Assembly: GCA_030141605.1 (NCBI GenBank)
Contig: JAQGDQ010001242.1
Location: 1 to 52,704 of the forward strand
Source: Tubiluchus corallicola
Lineage: Eukaryota > Animalia > Priapulida
Reading direction: 5' to 3'
Length of the DNA stretch: 52,704 nucleotides
Notes under the pieces: generated by a model
What the model was told of the DNA's origin: nothing
The model's database searches: none
What the model saw: the letters and a program-made list of their open reading frames with translations, nothing else
Shown here: piece by piece, positions 11,087-26,361 of the stretch
Position numbering within the stretch: the stretch's first letter is position 1
Layout: each line of letters begins with the position of its first letter
Program-made: the position numbers and the translations under genes

Positions 11087-11861
11087 CGGGTCCATCTCAT
11101 TAGCTGCTGGCGGATTAATGCCGAAATATGGTACTAGAGTAAAAAATTGGTTTTCCAAGAAAACTCAACGTATCTTTAGTTCGTACGAGCAGTTCCTGCT
11201 AGAACAGCAACTCCTAAGTCAAAGAGTATTTACACTACAGTGTCTACAAGTAGTTCCTTTGACAGATAGTCAATGGCACACAGTAGTGGGCATTATGATC
11301 TGCACATCTAAGCTTTGTTGTTATTATTGTTAGTCGTAATTTTTTTTGCGTAAACGAACTAGCATCATTGCACTATTTTTTAGACCTGTTTTTTTAAATG
11401 TCTTTTCAAGTAGATCATGAGTGTGATTCAGTAATTTATGTAAAGTCACCACAACTCGTGTAACTACACGACTGCATGTTCCTTCGGCGAATTTTATGCA
11501 TTTTAGTATAAACAGTAACTTCTTATTCGAGCGGCATTTGTCCCTTTGTTTGGGAATCTCAGTTTTAACATGGTAGCGAAAAACGTAATGCCTGCTGACA
11601 TCTATTGAGAGAATATAGAAACGATTCAGTCCCACCAAACAGTCATTTTTAGTTCATAAATCAAATCAGGCTGAATTCAGTCTGGTTATTTTTTAATGAT
11701 CATTTGATGTGGTTGAAATGTTTCCACGTTTTTCAACTAGATGTCAGCACTATGTTTGTCACATCATTGGTGATTTTGTTTGCATTATTTTTACCTGTTT
11801 TATGCGTGTGTGTGAATTTAACTTAAAGGAGAACCAGACGATTGTGTAGACATTAGTTCAA

Positions 11862-11867
11862 AATAAA
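11862..11867 (+). terminator. Candidate AAMP polyadenylation signal (alternative at 12541)
   Basis: AATAAA downstream of the stop codon; weak evidence in AT-rich DNA. Confidence 0.3.
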
Positions 11868-12800
11868 GTATGCTCTAAAATGTTGAAAAGTACAACAGTT
11901 TATTTAAATAATAATTTAATTGAAATTTAAATTTAAACAGGTTATTAAATTGGTTATTGTGAGCTATTTAACGAATTGATGTCATCCTTGCTAAGTTGCT
12001 ACATTAAGAATTTGACAACTGCATACAGTGTATGTCACGTTCTTTGGCTTTTACGATTGTTTCTTTACTTTTATTTCACAACGATGACATAACTTTTCTC
12101 TTCAGCACGTAAACGCAAAAAAAACTACAGATTTTTGAACTTTTTCGATGATCTGTTTCCATCCTAGGGACGAACTCCAGGCCATGTGTTATCTTCATAG
12201 CAGACCAGAAAGCAAGAGCTGCAAAGCTTTATAAAGAATACATGCTTCTCCGGAGCAGTATATACTCCCTGTACTCTATGCCGGCGTCCGGACAGAAAAC
12301 CGGAAGTGCTCCTGCCAAAAAGAGCATCCGCTCTCGTGTTGGCACACCTGTAATTCTCTCATTAAATCCAGAAAATTGTCAAATCAGAGGTCAAAGAAAA
12401 CCTATTTATCAGGTGAAGCAGTAGCAAGTTTTAAATGCATAGAGATTGAAGTCAAAATTCTGCAGAGAATTTGACTCAAAATTTGTGATACATGCCCTGC
12501 TTGTTTTTGTATGTTTAAAATTTTATGTATCATTTTTGGAAATAAAAAGTACATCGTTATGTTGATTGTTTACGCTAAATGTGTTTCTTTTTTATAAAAA
12601 TATTGTATCAGTACTCCTAAGGTCGAGCATACTGTGAATTATTTCATTTATCTATATGTTTCATTTTTCATTGAATAAGTTTTTCGTAATTTTTATCAAG
12701 AAACTAAAACATGAGAATGTTTTCACGTGTAGTTTCCAAAAATATTACATTAACTGAAGCGCAAAAAGCTATGAATGTCAGGAAATGATTTTTTGTTTTA

Positions 12801-13040
<240 letters not shown>

Positions 13041-13147
13041 TTTATGCAACAACTTTACAACTGATAATGTAATAAATTCACGATTGTTATAAAATAAACT
13101 TTGCATTGTTAAATTTTGAAACGAAACATGGCTGAAAGAAAATTGTA

Positions 13148-13222
13148 GGGGTACAGCCTGCATTTGAACCAGGAACTCTTTGTTTACAAGTCGACGCTGT
13201 GACCACTACATTATTGCTGTCG
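13148..13222 (-). mobile_element. tRNA-derived SINE head or tRNA pseudogene
   Basis: Minus strand has A-box-like TGTAGTGGT, loop GACTTGTAAAC and B-box-like GGTTCAAATGC; stems imperfect. Confidence 0.55.
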
Positions 13223-13555
13223 CAAACGGTGATCATGAGAGATGTATATTTAATCTGTGTAATTCATGAGAGATGTATAATGGACGTTTCCCGACAAGTC
13301 ACAAAGAAATGGCATCTATCTTCATGTGTCAACACATTTTATTTACTTGGACATTTATTTATGTATGTATGTATGATCAGTACTAGTAATGTAAGCAATG
13401 ATGGCTCAAAAAAACAAAAGAGAAAATCATTAATCCTATACATAGGAAGAAACAGCTTAAACTTAGCAGAAACACAGATAATAATGCCAGAAAAAGTAAC
13501 AACAGTAAGAACAAAAATTAATAGTTTGTAAGTACTGGGTTAGAGTTACACAAAT

Positions 13556-13828
13556 TGACAAGAGATAACAAACGATATTGTTACAGTGATATTGTTACGG
13601 CATTATTGTTACGACATTATTGCTACTGCGATACTGTTACAGCAACATTGTTACGGCGATATTGTTACTGTGATATTGTTACTGTGATACTGTTACGGCA
13701 AAATTGTTACGGCGATATTGTTATGGTGGTGTTACGGAGATAAACAGACAAACACTAGGTAGAATGTTCGCGCATTTTTGATTATAAGTGTATTTATAAG
13801 CAAAATTTTTTGCGGGGCCTTTGCTAGT
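13556..13828 (+). mobile_element. Degenerate GATATTGTTAC-type tandem repeat followed by the 75-bp dispersed repeat ending CTAGT (possible non-autonomous Helitron/Helentron)
   Basis: Short tandem units at 13575-13740, an AGAC-like spacer, then a terminal segment shared with 2393-2466. Confidence 0.4.
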
Positions 13829-15156
13829 GACAAATTAATGTTCTAGCAGCCAAAGTTACTTATTTGAATAACCTTATGAGCTTAGGTAGGCAAATTAATA
13901 TTCTAAAGGCTAAAATTGTTTACTGAGTACTGTTATGAGAGCAGGTATTGTATTGGTGCTGAATTAACTTGAAAAAGAACAACACAATAATTCAAAAAAA
14001 TTAATTCAATTCTCGCACAGCCTGTCCACATACACAGTGAGTTGGTCGAACGTGGTGTACTGTCCTTTATTCTGTCTATGTTGCATCTCTTTATTTCTCA
14101 TCAACTATGCCACGTCATGTAGGATCTTCATTATTTTTTCATTTTATTTTTTACAACTTTATTCTTTCTTCTTTTTTTAATCTCCAGAAATGAAAAATGT
14201 TCAAATTATTGTTCAACGATGTTTCAAATTATTATAATATTAATAAAGCCAATATGACTGTGAGCTATGGCGATGTTACAATGTAAGACATGTAATAATC
14301 GTTACGGCTTGCTAAATTTTGTCTAACAACTTTAAAAATTTGATTCTTCTAATTTTTTAAATCCATAGGTCATTTTCGAACATCGCGTATTCAATTATTT
14401 GACTAAATAATGGAAACGTATAATTCCATAATTCATTTCTATTTGTCGAGAAGTTTCTGAAACTTACCGAATTTTTTGAATACAATAACTTCTCATTCAA
14501 CTTAATGTTAACCTTGCTATTGGTTTTACTGCTTCATATTAGCCTGTATTATTCTGGTTTTGCACAGCTGTTAAGTACTATACTATAAAATAAAATTCTG
14601 ACCTTGTACTTGGTCATTTGCTTGCTATCGGTGCTCTTAACCACCTGTCTATTAATATCTTGTAAATTGCTAAAATCTCGTGAAAATCATGATTTTTTTC
14701 TCTTATTGTGTTTGTATTGAACTTAATAGTTTTGTTTGTAAAAGTGAATAAATTTGTTGTTATTATTGTGGTGGCCACATTTTACATGATTTTTGAGTTG
14801 TTTGGTAATGAATATTTTTTATGTTCATGATTAAGTACTGCAGAACAGAAAGACAGACAAATGCAATTATAATCAAAACACTAAAATGTAAGAGTTATGC
14901 ATATTTTACAAACAGAATACAAAGCTCTTTTAATTACAGCAGTTGTTACTAAATAATGTAATATGGTCATTCGGTTTTAACATTCATTTTTTCTGTCTGG
15001 GTATTAAAATTAAAACGAAATTAAAGTTTTCGATACCATCCATCGTATAAAAAGTGTAATTTGTGGGCAAAATACTTGACTTGATTAACAACTGGTAATA
15101 CATTAACTAATTATATACAGTTAACAAAGGCAAAAAAATGACAAAAAATATCAAAT

Positions 15157-18738
<3,582 letters not shown>

Positions 18739-18816
18739 CTAAAATAACTTTAAATAACGCGCGAAAGAATTGCGTCTTGTCTCTTTTTTTAGTAGTTCAA
18801 AACTCGCAGTGGTTTT

Positions 18817-18894
18817 GTTGCTATGAAACATCTCCGGGTTTACAATTATGACGCGAGATCCTAGCGCGTCTCCTGTTTAGGTACCTATAGCAAC
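18817..18894. promoter_or_regulatory. Two RFX X-box-like motifs (GTTGCTATGAAAC; GTACCTATAGCAAC) in a CpG-richer stretch
   Basis: Imperfect matches to GTTRCYATRGYAAC just upstream of the minus-strand gene model. Confidence 0.4.
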
Positions 18895-19235
18895 AAAACA
18901 CGGTGACTGGCGTAGCCCAAAGCCCAAACCCAAAGCCCAAAGTCACACACGCGGCTACAGCATTCTGTAGAAGTTATTCCCCGCACGACCCATGATAAGA
19001 TTCGCACTTTTAATGCAAATTAAACAGCATTGACTTTACCTTAACGTATATATATATATATATATATATTGATCGCACATATATTATTTAATTCTTATTT
19101 TATGAGAAAGCCCAATCCGAGCAAAATGTCAGTTTTCTTTTATTTTTATTTTTGCTAACAACAGGAATGTAAGTCTGTCACGTGTATGTGTTTAACTATA
19201 TGATGATTTTAATGCTTGTGTCCATCTGCCTAATG

Positions 19236-19537
19236 CAGTGGTTCCCAAAGTAGGGGTAAATTACCCCCCGGGGGTAATATGGTTTTGGGGGGGGGGGGTA
19301 ACGGGCACCCCTCTGAAAATTTTTAAAACTTCGCTCGGAATGCATTTTACGTAGTTTTCTTCTTGAAGAGACTGCCTCCGGCAGGCAACACTGTGTCATG
19401 GGGTCCATCATTCCATCATATGTGGCATATACGTGTGTTTACTTTTTGAGTTGGAGAAGTAGTACTAGGTGGGGGGTAATGGACACGACCGGGTTTCCCG
19501 ATTTGGGTAACGGTCCGAGAAAGTTTGCGATACACTG
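19236..19537. mobile_element. hAT (Charlie-like) MITE, 302 bp
   Basis: Termini CAGTGGTTCCCAAA / TTTGCGATACACTG; perfect 8-bp TSD GCCTAATG at 19228-19235 and 19538-19545. Confidence 0.9.
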
Positions 19538-19936
19538 GCCTAATGCAACCAAATGAAGAAATTACAATTAAATATTAAGTGCACAACGTAATTAATGTAA
19601 CCATCCGACATATTTAAAGAGGAACGCAAACTAACTGAAGATCAAATTTCTAATCTCCGGCCGTGGATATTTTAAATACAATAAAAGCAAGAGATTTCTC
19701 TTTTTGTACCTTGACTGAATTAAATGAAATTTCAACGTTTATGATGGAGGATTAATTATATACAAATAATTGTTTGGCACTTTCAAGTACAATTATTTAA
19801 GTTAATAATTGTCATTTCTGTCTGTTTATTGTTTTGTTTTCCGTATTCATGTATGTATTGTAAATATGTAACTAATTATATTTGTAAATATTACTAATGT
19901 ACTGTGTAACTGCGTCGTAGTCATGTTCCTTTATAC

Positions 19937-20615
19937 GACTAAGTCTTGTCTTGGTGGTCGAAGTATATTAAGCTTCAATAAAGACTTTTCCTGGTCACCA
20001 CTTGTGACTAGTGTTCGTGGTACTGAACTTGTAATCTAAAGGTTTCTGGTTCAATTCTAATGTTTGCGCATTTGTTATTTTAATGTGCTTTTTATGTTTA
20101 AAAATCAATAATTATATCATGTCATACCATGTTCAGTCTTTTTAATACAAAAGCTGCCCGTAGATGGCGCCAGCATTCGATTAAGTCTTAGAAATTTTGT
20201 CTTGGTGGTTGAGCTATTAAGCTCCAATTAGGACTTTTCCTCGTCACCACTTGTGACTAGTGTTCATGGTACTGAGCTTGTAACCTAAAGGTTCCTGGTT
20301 CAATTCTAATGCCTGCCCATTTGTTATTTTCAGGCATTTTTATGTTTAAAAATCAATAATTATAGGTCATATCCTGTCCAGTCTTTTTATTACAAAAGCT
20401 ATCCGTAGATGGCGCCAGCATGCGACTAAGTCTTAGAAATTTTGTCTTGGTGGTTGAGCTATTAAGCTTCAATTATAACTTTTTCTCGTCACCACTTGTG
20501 TGTCTAGTGTTCATGGTACTGCTCTTGTAATATAAAGGTTCCTGGTTCAATTCTAATGCCTGCCCATTTGTTATTTTTATGCGTTTTTCTGTTTAAAAAT
20601 CAATAATTATATCAC
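19937..20615 (+). repeat. ~245-bp unit, ~2.8 tandem copies, each containing a decayed tRNA-like segment
   Basis: CGACTAAGTCTT-like starts near 19937, 20178 and 20423; CTTGTAA...GGTTCAATTC in each unit. Confidence 0.85.
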
Positions 20616-20887
20616 GACTAACTAATAAAATTATAAATAATTAAGTACATACTCTTCGTTTAATGGAAAATTAGACAGCTATTCCAGAACTACTAATATT
20701 GTTTATTTAAGACTAATTTACATATACAGTATGACAAATAGTTACTGATTATACAATGTTACTGCAAAATAATATTAAACTATTATACTACTACTAATAA
20801 TAATGATTTAATGCTCACAAATAATATTAAACTTTTGATCCTTTCACATAAATTACAACACAAAAATATTCTGGTAAAATTCTTTTA

Positions 20888-21141
20888 TGCAAAGTTAGTA
20901 GATTTCCACGTAAAGATAGCGAGAGCTGGTGTTAGGAAATATGATCTCTCTTCTAACAACGCCATTGAAAATGCTTCGTAGGTTCATAGTGAAGATTTCC
21001 ACTCTTGCAAAGTTAGTAGATTTCCACGTAAACATGGCGAGAACTGGTGTTAGGAAATATGCTCTCTCTTCTAGCAACGCCATTGAAAATGCTTCGTAAG
21101 TTCATAGTGGCTGTCCTAAATTGAAGATGTCCACTCTTGCA
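20888..21141. repeat. ~118-bp tandem duplication
   Basis: GCAAAGTTAGTAGATTTCCACGTAAA occurs near 20889 and 21007. Confidence 0.9.
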
Positions 21142-21360
21142 GATGTGAATAACCACAAATTGGAAGTGGTGCTGACACACGTAAAAGATGTCCATATTTT
21201 GCTGGATTGCTGCTGTATTTATCTGTCTTGAGAACATATTTCTTTTATTTTAGAATCTAGTCTGGCAAATATCAGTACAGGACGGATGATGATGATGATG
21301 ATGATGATGAATCATAATTAAAAAAGCCAGTAACTAACTTGGCTCAGAAAAAAACTTTCA

Positions 21361-21722
21361 AATAAGCCCTTTTGCAGTTTGAACGATTGATGATGATCGT
21401 GAAAAGGTCAAAGGTTAAGTGTACCAGACAACGCATTTGTGTACACTTGACAACGCCTCGCAGCCCATGCTATTGTAATAGTAACAGTTTTAACAGCTAG
21501 CTAGAACCTTACCTAGTTAATTTTTTCTTGTTTCCAAACAAAATCCTGCTAATAAATCAACCTACACACAGATTAATGCATAATTAAGTAAAGTCCACGT
21601 AAAGCAACTGATGCAGCAGACGGCATTGCTTTACCGACATCTCACGTGACGGTTGTAATTGAGATGTGCTGCTGTGGTATAATTAACCTTTGACCTAGAG
21701 CAACTGCGCGTGCGCACAACGG
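21361..21722 (+). mobile_element. MITE family C copy, right TIR missing
   Basis: Colinear with 22099-22488. Confidence 0.8.
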
Positions 21723-21898
21723 TCAGGATAACGTTTGAACTTGACATTGTGACGTTGCTCGTTTGTGTAAATGACGTCACTGCTTACCAGTCGCAGGCAA
21801 CCAAACTTATCAGAAACCTAACTAAAGATGGCTGATGTTAGAACTCAATCTCTTTCTTCGCTCCTCAAAAGTAACCAACTTAGAAAAATTACTAATTA

Positions 21899-22042
21899 CT
21901 ACAAAATTTTCAAAATGGCCAACGCGATGAAAGTAGCAATGATTGTACATCCACACATGGCCGCAATGAGTGCAGCAATCCACGCCCACTTTGAGGAGCG
22001 CCACGCCCTCTCGAATAAATGAATCTTGTTGTACTTTTTCGT
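21899..22042 (-). CDS. CD225/dispanin gene, last exon (TKKYNKIHLFERAWRSSKWAWIAALIAAMCGCTIIATFIALAILKIL*)
   Basis: Strong pyrimidine tract plus CAG, phase 0; A..SS..A loop pattern followed by a C-terminal TM helix. Confidence 0.85.
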   Translation of the reverse strand, partial: TKKYNKIHLFERAWRSSKWAWIAALIAAMCGCTIIATFIALAILKIL

Positions 22043-22098
22043 CTGGAATAGAAACAAAAAAAGAAGATTATTAGAAACACGAATTGCTTTTCGAATGC

Positions 22099-22488
22099 AA
22101 TAAGCCTGTTCACAGTTCCAGCGATTGATGATGATCGTGAAAAGGTCAAAGGTTAAGTGTACCAGACAACGCATTTGTGTACACTTGACAACGCCTGGCA
22201 GTCCAAGCTGTTGTAATAGTGACAGTTTTAACAGCTAGCTAGAACATTTTTCATTTTTTCTTGGTCTCAAGTAAGATTCTGTTAGAAAATCACTCTATGC
22301 ACAGGCTAATGCGTAATCAAGTAAAGTCCACGTAAAACAAGTGAAGTTATTGAACTGATGCGACAGATCGCTTTGCTTTACCTACATGTCACCTGACGGT
22401 TGTAGTTAGGACATGTTGCTGTGGTACACCTAGCCTTTGACCTACAGCAATGACGCATGCGCACAACGAAACTATGAAAAGGCTTATT
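22099..22488 (+). mobile_element. MITE family C, complete ~390-bp copy with ~21-bp imperfect TIRs
   Basis: AATAAGCCTGTTCACAGTT / AACTATGAAAAGGCTTATT; partial copies at 21361, 34052-34295, 35012-35152 (-) and 38140-38382 (-). Superfamily unresolved. Confidence 0.8.
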
Positions 22489-22609
22489 AGTTGCAGCTAG
22501 TCTTAGTTATACGTGTCTGTAGTTTATAGTAAAATTTACTTTCATGAAGTTGTTGCAAACACCATAATTGTAAAAGCAAAACTACTATTAACTATGCGCG
22601 CTCATTGAG

Positions 22610-22657
22610 TTAAATTAAGCAACATCAGGCCAAGTGAGTAAATGGATCGGCGATTAC
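22610..22657 (+). pseudogene. 5S rRNA-like fragment (internal control region)
   Basis: AATTAAGCAACATCAGGCCAAGTGAGTAAATGGATCGG resembles the 5S A-box to C-box segment. Confidence 0.4.
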
Positions 22658-22754
22658 TTCACAAATGCTGCAGGTGAACTAGGACTAAACTTTTTCAAAT
22701 AGCAAACCTAGAGCTTAAAATAACTTGTCTGCCTGGATTTTATTTCTCGATTAA

Positions 22755-23225
22755 AGGAAAGGCCAACCCTTTTAGGGAGTTGGCAAAAATGTTAGAAGGA
22801 TTCAGTAATAAAACTGCAATAAGCGCCTCGTGCAACTAGTAAAATCACTTTAAAGTTGCGATCACTTCTTGCTTGGGCGCTTCCACTTTCAATGCCCATT
22901 CTTCCACCAATGACGTCATTTGTCTTGAAGGAAAGTAGCGCACTGTCAATCTTCACCAAAACTATGACAAGTTTTTACGAAAAAAATAGATAGGTAATTT
23001 TGTAGTTATTTTGCGTGAACATGAGGTATGTTGCAGAAATTTGAATTAGTTTAAGCAGGGCGCGCTTACGGAAACCCACGACGCGCTTACGAAAAGTCAC
23101 GAAGTCTCCCAATTACGTCATGATTTTTAAATAAATGGCGGCAACCACCACGCATGAAAATTTCTATTCAGAGGTAGTAAATTTTAAATTTATACGTTAT
23201 AGGCAGTTCTTTGCAAATTTCTTGT
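22755..23225 (+). mobile_element. Dispersed repeat family B, left part, with Kolobok-like TTAA-AGG end
   Basis: TTAA|AGGAAAGG at 22751; 23040-23225 is homologous to 31243-31390 (+) and 48763-48872 (-). Confidence 0.6.
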
Positions 23226-24626
23226 CTGCTTGGATTTTCTGCTTGTCTGCCTGGTTTTCTGCTTGTCTGCCTGGTTTTTCTGCTTGTCTGCCTGGGGTTT
23301 TCTGCTTGTCTGCCTGGGTTTTCCTGATTGTCTGCCTGTATTTTCTGCTTGTCTGCCTGGTTTTTCTGCTTGTCTGTCTGGTTTTTCTGCCTGTCTGCCT
23401 GGGTTTTCTGCTTGTCTGCCTGGGTTTTCTGCTTGTCTGCCTGGGTTTCCTGATTGTCTGCCTGGGTTTTCTGCTTGTCTGCCTGGTTTTTCTGCTTGTC
23501 TGTCTGGGTTTTCAGCTTGTCTGTCTGGGTTTTCAGCTTGTCTGCATGGGTTTTCTGCTTGTCTGTCTGGGTTTTCTGCTTGTCTGCCTGGGTTTTCTCT
23601 TGTGTGCCTGGTTTCCCTGCATGTCTGCCTGGGGTTTTCTGCTTGTCTGCCTGGGTTTTCTGCTTGTCTGCCTAGTTTTTCTGCTTGTCTGCCTGGGGTT
23701 TCTGCTTGTCTGCCTGGTTTTTCTGCTTGTCTGCCTGGGTTTTCTGCTTGTCTGCCTGGGTTTTCTGCTTGTCTGCCTGAGTTTTCTGCTTGTCTGCCTG
23801 GGTTTCCTGCTTGTCTGCCTGGGGTTTTCTGCTTGTCTGCCTGGTTTTCCTGCTTGTCTGCCTGGTTTTTCTGCTTGTCTGCCTGGGTTTTCTGCTTGTC
23901 TGCCTGGTTTTTCTGCTTGTCTGCCTGGTTTTTCTGCTTGTCTGTCTGGGTTTCCCTGCATGTCTGCCTGTGTTTCTCAGCTTGTCTGCCTGTGTTTTCT
24001 GCTTGTCTGCCTGGGTTTTTCTGCTTGTCTGCCTGGTTTTTCTGCTTGTCTGTCTGGGTTTTCTGCTTGTCTGCCTGGGTTTCCTGCTTGTCTGCCTGAT
24101 TTTTCTGCTTGTCTGCCTGATTCTTCTGCTTGTCTGTCTGGGTTTTCTGCTTGTCTGTCTGGGTTTTCTGCTTGTCTGCCTGAGGTTTTCTGCTTGTCTG
24201 CCTGGGGTTTTCTGCTTGTCTGCCTGGGCTTCCAGCTTGTCTGCCTAGTTTTTCTGCTTGTGTGCCTGAGTTTCCAGCTTGTCTGCCTGTGTTTTTCTGC
24301 TTGTCTGTCTGGGTTTTCTGCTTGTCTGCCTGGGTTTCCTGCTTGTCTGTCTGGGTTTTCTGCTTGTCTGCCTGGTTTTTTCTGCTTGTCTGTCTGGGTT
24401 TTCTGCTTGTCTGTCTGGGTTTTCTGCTTGTCTGCCTGGGTTTTCTGCTTGTGTGCCTTGTTTTTCTGCTTGACTGCCTGGTTTTTCTGCTTGTCTGCCT
24501 GGGTTTCCTGCTTGTGTGCCTTGTTTTTCTGCTTGTCTGCCTGGGGTTTCCTGCTTGTCTGTCTGGGTTTTCTGCTTGTCTGCCTGTGTTTTTCTGCTTG
24601 TCTGTCTGGTTTTCTGCTTGGATTTT
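23221..24626. repeat. Minisatellite, 21-bp unit (TTTTCTGCTTGTCTGCCTGGG), ~66 copies
   Basis: Directly visible; accounts for the 531-aa and overlapping ORFs. Confidence 0.98.
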
Positions 24627-24975
24627 ATTACACGTTTAAACTCGGACACCGTTGCTTTATGACGTCTGTGGTAGAACACAGGCCAGACACAGGCAAAGCG
24701 CCACGGGCACGGAAGCGTTTCGTAATTTAATGTAAAGTTAATTCAGGCGTAATTTATTGCAGAATAATTAATATCGTTTATGTAATGCGTTCCTAGCTGC
24801 GCGTGACATGTTTTAAATCGACCAGGGTGAATGGACTTACGGTGAAAAATTTACAATCCACTAAAAGCTGTTACGGCTTGAAGAATCGTAACAGACAGCA
24901 GTGAATGAACAGCTAACATAAGAAAACAAAGTTTAAAATATGAAAAACATACGTTTCCACTGCAGTTACATTAGC

Positions 24976-25039
24976 AGTGGCGTATCTAAATGGGGGAGCA
25001 AGGGGAGAACCCCCAAATTTAGAACCTGGCTACGCCCTT
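24976..25039. mobile_element. Miniature relative of the GGCGTAGC-ended hAT MITE
   Basis: CAGTGGCGTATC ... TTTAGAACCTGGCTACGCCC; the right part is the reverse complement of the left end of the 32133 element. Confidence 0.6.
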
Positions 25040-25699
25040 AATCATCAGTGATAGACTACACTACAGTTTTATAGGAGAGCCTACAGTACAGAAATTATGC
25101 ACTAATTAAGTATCTACAAAGGATTCAAAGTAATAAATAAACAGAGCTATGGAAAAGAAATTGATACAGTAACTTATGCACTAATTATGTAGCAGCACCA
25201 TCTACTGGAGAAAAATGCAAGCATTTAAACTGGTTGTGATTTATGGATGCACCGTAATAACACCTACACCGTTACAAACACTGCACAAAATTGACTATTG
25301 GGAGGCCAGACTCATACTTATCATGAACTGTTGTAGCAGGACCGAAACCTATTTACTCATCATGGACAACCGATTAAAGTGAGATGCTGAACCAGCAGAC
25401 GTGTCTAACCCTCCCTTCCATGCGTTATACATCCTCACTTAGCAGCTTTAGTCTCTGTCTCCACCCACACAGCTACTGTACAAGCTATACGCCGCTTAAC
25501 TTTCGTAGGCCAGTACACAGTGTGAGCAATAAGCTTACACTCGGCTTTATCCGTGACATACATTACAGTGCTCAAACTGGTGAAATGTTTCTAAGAATTG
25601 CTTCAGGCCATGTTCAAAGAGAATGCAACGCATTCAGGTTGTAAATGATGCTATCATGCAACATTCTGGGCAAAAGTATATCAGAAAGTTTAAAGAGCA

Positions 25700-26222
25700 T
25701 TAACTGACTATGACTGTGATTGCACTAACTGACTATGACTGTGATTGCACCAACTGACTATGACTGTGACTGCACTAACTGACTATGACAGTGATTGCAC
25801 TAACTGACTATGACTGTGATTGCACTAACTGACTATGACTGTGATTGCACTAACTGACTATGACTGTGATTGCACTAACTGACTATGACTGTGATTGCAC
25901 TAACTGACTATGACTGGATTGCACTAACTGACCATGACTGTGATTGCACTAACTGACATGACTGTGATTGCACTAACTGACTATGACTGTGATTGCACTA
26001 ACTGACTATGACTGTGATTGCACTAACTGACTATGACTGTGATTGCACTAACTGACTATGACTGTGATTGCACTAACTGACCATGACTGTGATTGCACTA
26101 ACTGACCATGACTGTGATTGCACTAACTGACCATGACTGTGATTGCACTAACTGACTATGACTGTGATTGCACTAACTGACTATGACTGTGACTGCACTA
26201 ACTGACTATGACTGTGATTGCA
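25700..26222. repeat. Minisatellite, 25-bp unit (TAACTGACTATGACTGTGATTGCAC), ~21 copies
   Basis: Directly visible. Confidence 0.98.
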
Positions 26223-26361
26223 AGTTTGTTTATTGCGGTTTATTTTACCAGTTATTACCCATTGCGGGTAACGAGTTGGAGAAAGGAGACGCTGAAAAAT
26301 TGTGGAATTGTCAGGACTTGAAACCGATACCTCTGATTAGTGCTCTACCACCTGAACTACC

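Noticed and set aside
11823-12500. Complete Kolobok element after the AAMP stop (TTAA|AGGAGAACC)
   Set aside because: No matching right TIR was found; at most a fragment.
13148-13222. Functional tRNA gene
   Set aside because: Stems do not pair well; treated as SINE-like.
23135-24730. 531-aa and overlapping hydrophobic ORFs
   Set aside because: Translations of a stop-free 21-bp minisatellite, with frame switching at indels.
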